A stretch of DNA of 64,000 nt. It comes from a virus (lineage: Duplodnaviria; Heunggongvirae; Uroviricota; Caudoviricetes). The stretch is from positions 64,001 through 128,000 of IMG/VR virus record IMGVR_UViG_3300028887_000066; one strand, given 5' to 3'. This document shows positions 40,459 through 50,011 of this stretch, piece after piece (within the stretch, counting starts at the first letter, position 1; each line of letters starts with the position of its first letter). The notes below the pieces were generated by a model. That model saw only the letters and a list, made by a program, of their open reading frames with translations. It searched no databases and was not told the DNA's origin. A program made the position numbers and the translations under genes.

Positions 40459-42402
40459 TTAATCATTTATTTTATTCTTAATTCCTGATATATCAGTCAG
40501 TGTTGCGGTTATTTCCTCATTGATTAACAGGTTTTTGTCTAAAATCGTGGGTCGGCTGTTTTTTCTGTCATCATCCTTGTTTATGAATGAAATATAGTCA
40601 TTGATTTTCTCCATCAACGCCTGACCGTTTCCCATAGACTGCAAATCCTGACCGCCTTCTTCACCGCCTATTTCACCTTCTTCCTCGGCTCCAGGCTCCC
40701 CTAAATCACCTAATTCATCACCGAAATCGGGGCCTCCGCCAAGTCCTCCTATTGGGCCGCCGCCTCCGCCGCCCATCATTCCGCCTTGCTGATCTTGCAT
40801 CATCGGCTGTTTGGAATATTCTGCTCCAGGCTCACCGTATATTCTATCAACTTGCTTGAACAAATTTGTTTTCTTGATTATCTCAGGTGTTCTCTGCAAT
40901 TCGATGGCAATAGCCACCTCAAGGCGTATTTCATTAAGCATATCTGATATTTCGGCATCAGTCAGTCCCATTATCTCCTTTTGTACCCTGTGCCAAGACA
41001 TAAGCGGAATGCCTCCACCCTGCTCTGCCAATGCGCTTGATGCATTCTGCAATCTCTTAGCCTGATTATCCAACTCCATCGTCTCCAACTGATTTGATGG
41101 ATTGTTCATTGACAACGTAAAGTTAGTAAGGTCGTCTTCAAAACCAAGCAGATACAAATGCAATATGGCAATCTTGGTAAGCTCCATGAGAAGAGATTGC
41201 TGTATACTGTTAACTGCCCTGTTGAAACGTATGTCCATCAATGAAAGATTCTGCCCTTTACCTTGCGCCTCCTGATAGTTAAGGAAAGTCTTAGGCACTC
41301 TTAACGCGGCAAAAATCTTGTTCTGCATATATTCAATATCATCCATTGATGTGACGTTTTGAGCCGCCTGCAATGTCTCAATGGTAGTAGGATCCTGACC
41401 GCTTCTTACAGGAATAACGTAGTCCGCGCTTACGTCCAAGAAATTTTTCCTTAAATCAATCTGTCCTGTTTGGGGGTCGATTATCGGCGCACGCTTTACA
41501 TTGTTCATGAAGTCCTGTAAGAACTGAGGGACATCAACATCGTCAATTAGACCGACATTTACCTTGAATATTCTTCTTTCGATACTACGTTCCAAACGAT
41601 AGAGAAGCATTCCGTCCTCCATCATTGACAGCATCCTCCAATGTCTTCTTGCCTTGTTTAAGATGGAAACACCATAAGGAAGCAGCAATGAGTCCTTTAT
41701 AAGCCTAAAATGGGCAATTTGCCACATTTTATATGGCGTGTTGTCACTATGCCCCTCCCATACAAATTTCACCTCATCAGGCTTCAGGTTAGTAGCCGTA
41801 GCTGAATATGTTCCAGTATATGCGTTAAGCATACCATTCTCGACCCTCCTTATTTCGTGAACGGGTAATTCCCTCCATCCCATTACACCATTGTCCTGAT
41901 CGATGTTAAGGAACATGAACTCATTTCCGTACTTGCACAATGACCTTGTTATCATCGGAAGCATTACATGCATGTCCAACCTATTTTCAAACAAGTCCTC
42001 AAGCACAGATACTATCCTTGGCGACTTTGAATTGACGGAAACCATTTTCAGGGTTTTCGGACTTATCGTACAGGCTTCTTCTGCATATATGTCAAGTGCT
42101 GCGCCTATTTCTGGCCACATGTCCATTAAGTCTGCATCGCGGTACATCAGCCTTACTTGTGTTGCGCCCATCATCTGTTCCATTGATGTGTCGTAACCCG
42201 TCTTAGCCCATTGGTATGAAAGCAGCTTTTGTTGCTTCATCTGCCTCAATTTGGTATCGCGCTCCTCTTTATTGGCAAATGAATACAATACGTTATCTGA
42301 CGGCATCATTGTATAATTCGATACCGTCTTCCCTCGATTGGTATTTCCCGTACCAATCATTATATTTGTTAGTTTTTGAAAAACTGTCTTGTTATTAGCC
42401 AT
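40459..42402 (-). CDS. portal vertex protein (T4 gp20-like)
   Basis: PEIGAALDIYAEEA, MEDGMLLYRLERSIERRIFKVNVG, DDIEY.QNKIFAALRVPK. Confidence 0.93.
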   Translation of the reverse strand: MANNKTVFQKLTNIMIGTGNTNRGKTVSNYTMMPSDNVLYSFANKEERDTKLRQMKQQKLLSYQWAKTGYDTSMEQMMGATQVRLMYRDADLMDMWPEIGAALDIYAEEACTISPKTLKMVSVNSKSPRIVSVLEDLFENRLDMHVMLPMITRSLCKYGNEFMFLNIDQDNGVMGWRELPVHEIRRVENGMLNAYTGTYSATATNLKPDEVKFVWEGHSDNTPYKMWQIAHFRLIKDSLLLPYGVSILNKARRHWRMLSMMEDGMLLYRLERSIERRIFKVNVGLIDDVDVPQFLQDFMNNVKRAPIIDPQTGQIDLRKNFLDVSADYVIPVRSGQDPTTIETLQAAQNVTSMDDIEYMQNKIFAALRVPKTFLNYQEAQGKGQNLSLMDIRFNRAVNSIQQSLLMELTKIAILHLYLLGFEDDLTNFTLSMNNPSNQLETMELDNQAKRLQNASSALAEQGGGIPLMSWHRVQKEIMGLTDAEISDMLNEIRLEVAIAIELQRTPEIIKKTNLFKQVDRIYGEPGAEYSKQPMMQDQQGGMMGGGGGGPIGGLGGGPDFGDELGDLGEPGAEEEGEIGGEEGGQDLQSMGNGQALMEKINDYISFINKDDDRKNSRPTILDKNLLINEEITATLTDISGIKNKIND

Positions 42403-42471
42403 GAAAGCCACTTATTTACTATAAATACTTATTGTTAGTAAAAAAATAACCGCATATACGGCATTATCAAC

Positions 42472-42506
42472 AAAAAACCGACAGGCTTGAAATTTACCTG
42501 TCGGTT
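42472..42506 (-). terminator. intrinsic terminator
   Basis: aaccgacagg...cctgtcggtt with an A run on + (T run on -). Confidence 0.7.
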
Positions 42507-42514
42507 ATGTATCA

Positions 42515-43639
42515 TTATACAACAATCATCTTCATCGGTTTCTGTCCTATTATCTTTGCCATATTGTCCGTCAATTCCGCTTGCTGTTTCATCACATTAT
42601 AAGGACTCATTCTTTCAAGACGTTCCATTAACTCTTTCATTGCTTCTTCATATTCTTCCTTTGCACGAGAAAGAAGCATATTGTAGTCCATTGTAACCGT
42701 GGCATCAGGTATTGCGACTGTGCCGCTGAACTTACCTCTTACATAAGCCAAAGTCTCCTTTGCCTTTGCGAAGAACAATTTTCGTATGATGGTTTTCGTA
42801 GGCCCGTTCATCAGCGAATAATCCAAGTCTTCCAAAGGAATCTGATCTGGTGAAAGAACCAAATCCCTGTTCATTCTCCTGCAATCGTCCAAATCGCCTT
42901 GTGTAACATCATAATACGTGTACCATACCTCACTACCGACAAGGCTCAATGTTCCTGTCATATTGTTTATACTGAAAAATGACAGTTTTGATCCAGGTGT
43001 TGAAAAAAGATGAATTATATGTGTACCATCGGGGCCAGCAGTCACCTTAAATGTCATATCACCCCTAAGTAACCTGTTCTTATATGCAAGGTCTGTAGCC
43101 ATATATGCGACATCCATTGACTGAGCTATATAGAACCCTCCCATTGGGCCATAGCTTCCTCCTCCTGCCATTCCAAAACCACCCGCAAAACCAAGCGTGT
43201 CCAAGCCGCCATAGTTGGCATACAATGCCGCCTGAGACGTTGGCGGATTAAGCCAAAGAACATTGTTTATCTCTCTTCCAGCAGGAATAAGATAATTCTG
43301 CTTACCCTCCTCGATTTTGAAGAAATCCTTCTTTAATTCCCAAGGGCCGCGCATCTGTACTCCTGCGTCTCTTGAGAACCAATAGCTGTAGTCCTTGGAC
43401 ATATCCAATGTCCTAACGCTCAATGCGAATGCCAAGTCTAAATTTGAAAGGTTCTTACCATATAAATTAGCCCAATTCTGCTCAATTATCCAATTCTGTA
43501 CCTTTTCTGTATAGTCATCTTTTGCAATGGCAAAACAAGCACACAACTGTTCTTGCGTAAGCTCTACATTTGTCACTGGTTCACCCAAATGATACCTACA
43601 TTTCTGAAAAAGATTGGCTAATTCCTCCGTTATTTTCAT
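42515..43639 (-). CDS. neck protein (T4 gp13-like)
   Basis: LGEPVTNVELT.EQL; A.AKETL..VRGKFSG...IP...V..D. Confidence 0.85.
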   Translation of the reverse strand: MKITEELANLFQKCRYHLGEPVTNVELTQEQLCACFAIAKDDYTEKVQNWIIEQNWANLYGKNLSNLDLAFALSVRTLDMSKDYSYWFSRDAGVQMRGPWELKKDFFKIEEGKQNYLIPAGREINNVLWLNPPTSQAALYANYGGLDTLGFAGGFGMAGGGSYGPMGGFYIAQSMDVAYMATDLAYKNRLLRGDMTFKVTAGPDGTHIIHLFSTPGSKLSFFSINNMTGTLSLVGSEVWYTYYDVTQGDLDDCRRMNRDLVLSPDQIPLEDLDYSLMNGPTKTIIRKLFFAKAKETLAYVRGKFSGTVAIPDATVTMDYNMLLSRAKEEYEEAMKELMERLERMSPYNVMKQQAELTDNMAKIIGQKPMKMIVV

Positions 43640-43771
43640 TTTCTATCTGAATTCAATATTGACCAATATTATTTTTCTTTCCGATACTGTTTTCAATTTT
43701 CATCAAAAAAGCCTTTTCTATAAATACTTTCTGCCTGTTAAAACTATTTATAAGAAAATCCAATTTTTAAC

Positions 43772-44587
43772 ATGATCAAGAACAATAAGGTTAAAAGCAT
43801 AAATGAAGACCAACTTAGAGAAATGGTTAAAAAAGCAATTACCGAACAAATACTGACAGAAGCGCAAACCCTCATTGACAACTTCAATGAATGGGCAAAA
43901 CTTCTTGACTGCACAGACCCTGATCAGTTCTATTTTGTACAGATAATTAAAAGGTACAAGGACAATAAGGGTATGAGTAAGGCAGGTAATTATCATGCAG
44001 GCGGCGAATATGGCGAATATTCAAACGGCACTGCATTCAAGGTAAGAAATGCACAAGAGTTGTTGGCATTAAAGCCTAAAATCGTACAATATTGCGACGC
44101 GAATAATGCCCGTGCATACATCACATCCAATCCACGTTCTGATAAAGCGATAAACGCATTCATACCCACATATCAAAGACGTTCAGGAAACAATGTAAAC
44201 GATCCGCGTTACATTCACGCAGCAGAGATTCTTGCAGGACAGCCAAAACATGACCCTGTTAATTTTCCTGAAAGAAAAAGATTCATGCTTGATGTCGATA
44301 CAACTGATAAGCGTGTGTGGAAAGTCACTAAGGCTATCATTGCAAGCTACGGAATACCCATTGTAAAAGAATTCGGCACACCAAGCGGAGGCTTGCATAT
44401 AATGCTTCCAGATGCCTATGCAAAGGAAATTCCTGAGTTAATCAAAGACTTATATGTATTTGATGCCAAACAAGACAGAAATGGAAACAGAATATTCTTC
44501 CCTGATGAAGGATTCAGACAGACAGTACACGCGAATTTTGATGGAAAATTCATTCTCTATTCAAATGTACAAACGGCAGGGTATTAG
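43772..44587 (+). CDS. AEP/Prim-Pol-like protein with head leader
   Basis: FMLDVD (hhhDhD) and TPSGGLH motifs; leader SINEDQLREMVKKAITEQILTE. Confidence 0.55.
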   Translation: MIKNNKVKSINEDQLREMVKKAITEQILTEAQTLIDNFNEWAKLLDCTDPDQFYFVQIIKRYKDNKGMSKAGNYHAGGEYGEYSNGTAFKVRNAQELLALKPKIVQYCDANNARAYITSNPRSDKAINAFIPTYQRRSGNNVNDPRYIHAAEILAGQPKHDPVNFPERKRFMLDVDTTDKRVWKVTKAIIASYGIPIVKEFGTPSGGLHIMLPDAYAKEIPELIKDLYVFDAKQDRNGNRIFFPDEGFRQTVHANFDGKFILYSNVQTAGY

Positions 44588-44653
44588 CATATTTGAAGAT
44601 TTATGTATATTGTTTCATTTAATGAGAAAAAAGAGATATTATTAAATAAATTT

Positions 44654-44690
44654 AAAGCGAGACTCAGTTAAGAATCTCGCTTTTTATTTT
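44654..44690. terminator. bidirectional terminator
   Basis: aaagcgaga...tctcgcttt between convergent genes. Confidence 0.65.
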
Positions 44691-44692
44691 AA

Positions 44693-45589
44693 TTATCTCT
44701 TAGGATTTACTTTAATGTAAAAACACGGAGGCTCGGACGTATCAACCTGAAGGACACCGACATTATAGTTATCCCTAAGGAAAAAGAACATTTCCTTCCA
44801 CCCCATTGGTATTTGTTTTTTGCCATTTGCATTGACTGAGAAGCTATATCCACCCGCTTTCTTAATTGGCTTACCCACAATTGGCGTATATACGGCCACA
44901 CCGTCAAATGCATACAAGCCAAGCTCCCTGCATTTTTCTTTTATTGCCATATATTGACCATAGTCAGGTTCTTTCTCGAAGAATGGCTGTAATTTCTTAT
45001 CCAAGAGAACGATATTTGATTCACCACTTATCTCAATCGGGAAATCCCCATCACTCCAATTGTTATAGTAATTGAATGCATCACAGGTAAAATCGGGTTG
45101 CGCAAAATATTTCGCATATTTGTCATTTTTTGCAGCGATGTTTCTCCTCATTGCCTTTTCACCGTCACTGAGGTTATCCAACTTACGCCTTTCCCTTTCA
45201 TCTGCTTGCTGTTGTAATATAGGTTTGTTTTCATCTGCAAGAACTCTTGCGTATTTATTCTCGCCTCTATATTGTATATTCTTCAACCATTGTTGTACCA
45301 ATTGGAATGCATCATTGTCACTAAAAGTCTCAGGTGAAAGAAAATCCTTGATACTGAGCTGTTTAGCATCTATCGCATCCGCGACATCAGGAAGTTCATT
45401 AATAGCACCATCATCGGCAAACAATGTCATTCCGTGAGCATTCAGCCTTTTCTCTGCGGGTATCACATACTCACGTATTTTATCCCCAAATGTTCTAGTT
45501 TTCGCGGTTTTATGAAACCCCTCATTCATAAGCATCTTTTTCAACAGGGAATCAAACTGTCCCTCATTAAGATATATATTCTTTCCCAT
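44693..45589 (-). CDS. putative head-internal protein (leader IYLNEGQFDSLLKKMLMNE)
   Basis: Shared leader motif. Confidence 0.65.
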   Translation of the reverse strand: MGKNIYLNEGQFDSLLKKMLMNEGFHKTAKTRTFGDKIREYVIPAEKRLNAHGMTLFADDGAINELPDVADAIDAKQLSIKDFLSPETFSDNDAFQLVQQWLKNIQYRGENKYARVLADENKPILQQQADERERRKLDNLSDGEKAMRRNIAAKNDKYAKYFAQPDFTCDAFNYYNNWSDGDFPIEISGESNIVLLDKKLQPFFEKEPDYGQYMAIKEKCRELGLYAFDGVAVYTPIVGKPIKKAGGYSFSVNANGKKQIPMGWKEMFFFLRDNYNVGVLQVDTSEPPCFYIKVNPKR

Positions 45590-45593
45590 ATTC

Positions 45594-47960
45594 TTATTTG
45601 TTTCTGTTTGTTGCGGGATTCAACAGACAATTATTGTTTATCTGTTTATCCTTGCTTATTATTCCCTGTTCCTGCATCATACCTATAGCACTTATCAGCA
45701 TATCATACGGAATATCCTCCCAAGCACCCTCATCCTTGAATTTCAAATCACAATTGAGGTTATCATCAACTTTAATAGCAAACTGATAATCACCATATGC
45801 GAACTGTGCTGTATTCGAGAATGGGTCAAAATTAGTCGCGGTGTCAGCATCAACGGGTAACAATGATCTGTGGAACCATATGTCTTTCCAATTGTATCCG
45901 CTTTTTCCTTTCACCATTGAGAAATTACCCGATGGGTGCGCTCTGAATGAAACATCCTCATAATCATTTCTGTAAAGGTAATACGGGTCAACATTTGTGT
46001 TTATCCTGTCAAAATTATCCTTTGTTCTGCTTGCGCGTCCACTTTCCACTTCCCAAGTCTTTCCTCCATCAACAGAATAATCGATAGGCATTACAGAATT
46101 AAAATCCCTTACAACAACAACTCTGCCATCATCAGCTCCAGTGAATACAATACCTCTTATCTTTGTTTTACTAAGGAGCTTTTCGTCCCTTACGGCTGGT
46201 GCAACAGGATCGCCTAAACGATGACCAAGCAATGTCATCATAAACGCTTTTGCATATTTAGCCGTATTCTGTATATTACCAATATTCCTGTGATAATCAG
46301 AAAGATTCCTTATATTCTTGAAACCCTCGATTCCGTTATTTCTCAAATCGCCTGAAATGGCATAGAATATTCTGTCATTATTGGCTAAATGATTGTTTAT
46401 CTGATTAAATAAATCTTTCGGAACAAGTTTTACTATCTCATCGTATACACTTTTTCCTGGGTCAACTTTCGCACGCAAGTCATTATCAAAGATAATGAAA
46501 TCCTTGAAACCATCTTTTAACATGAATTTCACGACACCATTACCATATTTTCTACAATAAAGACTCACCGTATCTCTTACGCAATATACGCCCAAACCAT
46601 AATATAATGAATTATCGCCTGATGTGCCTGAAAATTCCCTATTAGAGCCATTTTCAAACTCTATCTTAGCGGTTCTTGGGTCTGTTGCTCTATATATGAC
46701 CACGTTCTTTGGGTCATTTATACTTTTTTGAAATGTATCGAAATCCTTATGGGTAAATACTTCATCAACAGACTCGTTCAATGAACCCATCTCAGCCTTG
46801 AATCCTTCCATTGCCCCGATAAAGTCAGAATAGCTAATATCAAACCAACCTGTCTTTTCATCATTCAATACCTGACGGTACTTAATGGCAAGATTCTTGC
46901 CATAATCATCCGTCTTTATCATAAATTCGATAACACCTTCTTCAGAATGTGTATCCACTCCGCAAGTAGTAGTATTTGTAAACGGATCAAATGCCGAAGC
47001 AAAATCAAAATCCAATGGAGAAAGAAGCTTGTGCGTCCTAGCGCTTAGGAAATTATATTTTTTGCCTTTTTTCACAAGAGAGAATCCGCATGATGTTTTT
47101 TCGGTAAATCCTGTATCAGGATAGTCCTTTCTTTTTCTTCTAAAGGCATCAACGACATAGTTTGAATTATTGAATGCCTCTTCATTTCCCATGCAGTATG
47201 TAAAGTCTTTCTCGTCTGGCCATCCGCCACTCCATCCGTTACCATTTCTATAGGCATAGCTGTAAGGTACAATCAAATCAGTTGACCTGAAAATAGCCAC
47301 AGGGCCGTATGAACTCGCATAATAGGCGAAACCGTCCACATTCGACTCGTCTAATTTTTTCTCGTTATAGTATTTGCTTGAACCTGGCCTAAACTGCATA
47401 TTTCTCTCTCCGCGAAACATTGACCAAAACTCCTCCTCAATGCTCCAGCTATTTGAGTTCATATCACAACGCATCACCATATCATCCAACCTTGCCAAAC
47501 CTGTGCCGTAACGACGTTCAAGCATTGCAAAATCTTCGCTTGTAAACAAGCGTCTGCAAGTTGCTGATATTTTCTCATGCTTCGTAAGGACACCTATCTT
47601 GTAAAGTAATTTCCTTACGCCTATATCAAATATAAGGAAATTATCAAATGCACCGCTTTTGACCAAATATTTAACCATAGCATTGCCTTCGTGATACCTC
47701 GTGCAAGCATCAAATGACAATGTTGTATATATGCCACTTCCATAATACATATGATCCGTATTCATGAATTCCTTAGCACCTTCTGCGCCGTTGGCACATA
47801 TATTTGGTATACTCTCCTTATCTACCTGACTGTACGCAAAACAAGAATGGGAGCCTGGGCTTCCCACCCCCTTCTTATAATCGTCAAACGTCTCGTAGTC
47901 ACTTGCAATCTCAGAAATAGCTTCGTTTATCTTCCCCTTCAAATATTCAAACCTATTCAT
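45594..47960 (-). CDS. tandem-duplicated ADP-ribosyltransferase-like protein
   Basis: Two homologous ~390-aa halves with YYGSGIYT / YRAT...YYGLGVY, joined at LNE (aa 396). Confidence 0.6.
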   Translation of the reverse strand: MNRFEYLKGKINEAISEIASDYETFDDYKKGVGSPGSHSCFAYSQVDKESIPNICANGAEGAKEFMNTDHMYYGSGIYTTLSFDACTRYHEGNAMVKYLVKSGAFDNFLIFDIGVRKLLYKIGVLTKHEKISATCRRLFTSEDFAMLERRYGTGLARLDDMVMRCDMNSNSWSIEEEFWSMFRGERNMQFRPGSSKYYNEKKLDESNVDGFAYYASSYGPVAIFRSTDLIVPYSYAYRNGNGWSGGWPDEKDFTYCMGNEEAFNNSNYVVDAFRRKRKDYPDTGFTEKTSCGFSLVKKGKKYNFLSARTHKLLSPLDFDFASAFDPFTNTTTCGVDTHSEEGVIEFMIKTDDYGKNLAIKYRQVLNDEKTGWFDISYSDFIGAMEGFKAEMGSLNESVDEVFTHKDFDTFQKSINDPKNVVIYRATDPRTAKIEFENGSNREFSGTSGDNSLYYGLGVYCVRDTVSLYCRKYGNGVVKFMLKDGFKDFIIFDNDLRAKVDPGKSVYDEIVKLVPKDLFNQINNHLANNDRIFYAISGDLRNNGIEGFKNIRNLSDYHRNIGNIQNTAKYAKAFMMTLLGHRLGDPVAPAVRDEKLLSKTKIRGIVFTGADDGRVVVVRDFNSVMPIDYSVDGGKTWEVESGRASRTKDNFDRINTNVDPYYLYRNDYEDVSFRAHPSGNFSMVKGKSGYNWKDIWFHRSLLPVDADTATNFDPFSNTAQFAYGDYQFAIKVDDNLNCDLKFKDEGAWEDIPYDMLISAIGMMQEQGIISKDKQINNNCLLNPATNRNK

Positions 47961-47987
47961 TCCAATTAATGCGTGAATTTAAAAAAG

Positions 47988-49874
47988 TTATTTCATCAAT
48001 TCATCAAGCAACGACTCAATGCTCTCAGTAAGTTGTACAGAACCGCTATCAGTATCGGATACTGCCTGTGTTTGAGGTGTAGCACTTACATCTTCAAATT
48101 TAGCATATTTATCCATCAGATACTTAATCATGAAATTGATGATCATTGTGACAGACTGCAACGTAACCTGACAAGCATTGTCCCAATCACTGAGCAATTG
48201 TTTCGTGTCGCTTGTACGTCTTCCGAAGAGCGTAAGCACTTCTTTTGCGCCAGTAGTTTTACATCCTACGGCAAATGCTGAAATTATTTTCAAAGGCTCG
48301 ATAAGGCTTTGATTTGAATACCTCATCTTCTTCAATATATAATCACAGACATTTACAATATTGCTTGCATAGTCTACCAATACATTGCTTGAATTTCTCA
48401 CATCTATGAGATTTATAGAGTCAGAGAAATTGTTTTTCTCTGCATATTTTAAGAGTGCATCGTTATATACTTTCGCCTTACCTTCATCGGATTGTATTTC
48501 CTGAAGCAATGCTGTCTGTTCTGCTGTCAATGAAGCCTGCTGCGCCTGTAATGCGGCATTTTTAGCTGCTTCGGCGTGAGGATTCAACTCTCCTGTAAGA
48601 TTGTTTGCAAGCCCAGGAATATCCTTGTGATAATCCACATTTGGATCCATCTTATCTGGGTTCAAACCATATTTATCATACTCTGATGCAGGAATTCTTT
48701 CAGTATCACTTATATCATAAAGCCAAGCAGGTTGGAAGCCTTTCAAATCCTGTCCGAATTCATCATAGTGTCCTTTTGAGCCTAAATTCACTTTAGTTCC
48801 ACGATCATTCATTCTTGGAGCCATTGTGTACCACTTGTATTTGGCATTAGGCAGCACCCTTCTTCCGAACTTAGTCACCCATTTATTAGGCGCATACAAA
48901 TTCGTCGGATAATCGGGATCACCTGGGTTAATTCCGTAATCACTTGCCTGTCTTTGAATCATTCTCTGATTCCTTCCTGAAAGTACATTACCGAATATCA
49001 CGGCTTGAAGATTAATTGGGCTAAATACACTGGCTATTGCATCCCAATTTCCGTTTTTGATAGCTTCAGCGACTTCTTTCTTAATTTCTTCCGTAGATTC
49101 TTCGCTATAGTTACTATCGGTTTTTTCAGGAGCAACTAAATATTTGTCAATAAGGTAATTCACATCCATCAAGTTGGCGATATGTCCTTGCTCGTAATTC
49201 TGATTTCCTGATATGCTCTTTATTGCTGGGATAACCACTTTATTGAACCAATTTACAATATCGTCAGGAGCATTACCATTTGGATTTGCCTGTTGTGGTG
49301 CGGCCACTTGTGGAGCGGCTTGAGTTTGAGGGGCTGTTGCCTGTGGAGTAGGTTGTGCTGCATTAGCTCCTGCCTGAAGACGGCCAAGCAAACCTTCTGT
49401 AAGATTACCGCCCTTGTTTCCACCCGCTTGAAGCCTACCTAACAGACCTAACCCCTTCTTAGGCTGTGCCTGAGGTGCTGATACTTGCGGATCGGAAGCT
49501 TGTGGGTCTGCCTGACCATTGTCAGCAGCGTTTTTCTTTCCTCTGGCATTTTTCTTGAATGGCAATGATTTATTGAAAATAACACCATTCATACCCTTAT
49601 AGTTTAACTGTGAACAGTCAAACATCCCTTCTAACTTTTTAACATCATTAGGGAAAAGCGGGCCGATAAATACTTTCAGCATACGTGTTTTGTTGCTGTT
49701 ATCTTCGTCAATTGTCATGAGTACGTTAGGCTCAAGTTTTCCGCTATTACTTGCAATAGCCTCCTCAAGACAATTTTCCGTAATATACTCTGCTTGAGAA
49801 CTTGTCATATGTCTTCCCATTCTTTCCATCAGTGAACGCATACTTGCAAGTTCCTCATTAAATTCCTTTATCAT
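47988..49874 (-). CDS. ArdC-N-like ssDNA-binding protein with head leader and PQ-rich linker
   Basis: LS.RNQ.MI..Q...T......W..KFGRRV.......AP...F....LYDISDTE. Confidence 0.6.
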   Translation of the reverse strand: MIKEFNEELASMRSLMERMGRHMTSSQAEYITENCLEEAIASNSGKLEPNVLMTIDEDNSNKTRMLKVFIGPLFPNDVKKLEGMFDCSQLNYKGMNGVIFNKSLPFKKNARGKKNAADNGQADPQASDPQVSAPQAQPKKGLGLLGRLQAGGNKGGNLTEGLLGRLQAGANAAQPTPQATAPQTQAAPQVAAPQQANPNGNAPDDIVNWFNKVVIPAIKSISGNQNYEQGHIANLMDVNYLIDKYLVAPEKTDSNYSEESTEEIKKEVAEAIKNGNWDAIASVFSPINLQAVIFGNVLSGRNQRMIQRQASDYGINPGDPDYPTNLYAPNKWVTKFGRRVLPNAKYKWYTMAPRMNDRGTKVNLGSKGHYDEFGQDLKGFQPAWLYDISDTERIPASEYDKYGLNPDKMDPNVDYHKDIPGLANNLTGELNPHAEAAKNAALQAQQASLTAEQTALLQEIQSDEGKAKVYNDALLKYAEKNNFSDSINLIDVRNSSNVLVDYASNIVNVCDYILKKMRYSNQSLIEPLKIISAFAVGCKTTGAKEVLTLFGRRTSDTKQLLSDWDNACQVTLQSVTMIINFMIKYLMDKYAKFEDVSATPQTQAVSDTDSGSVQLTESIESLLDELMK

Positions 49875-50011
49875 AGTATTTAAAATGCATTTTATTTATT
49901 ATAAATATCATGAAGAATCCTTTTATTTCAATAAATAACCCCCAATATCCCATTAAAAATGGGTGAATGATTTTCTCATTCACCCAACACTTCATTTTGT
50001 CCGTATGTTTT

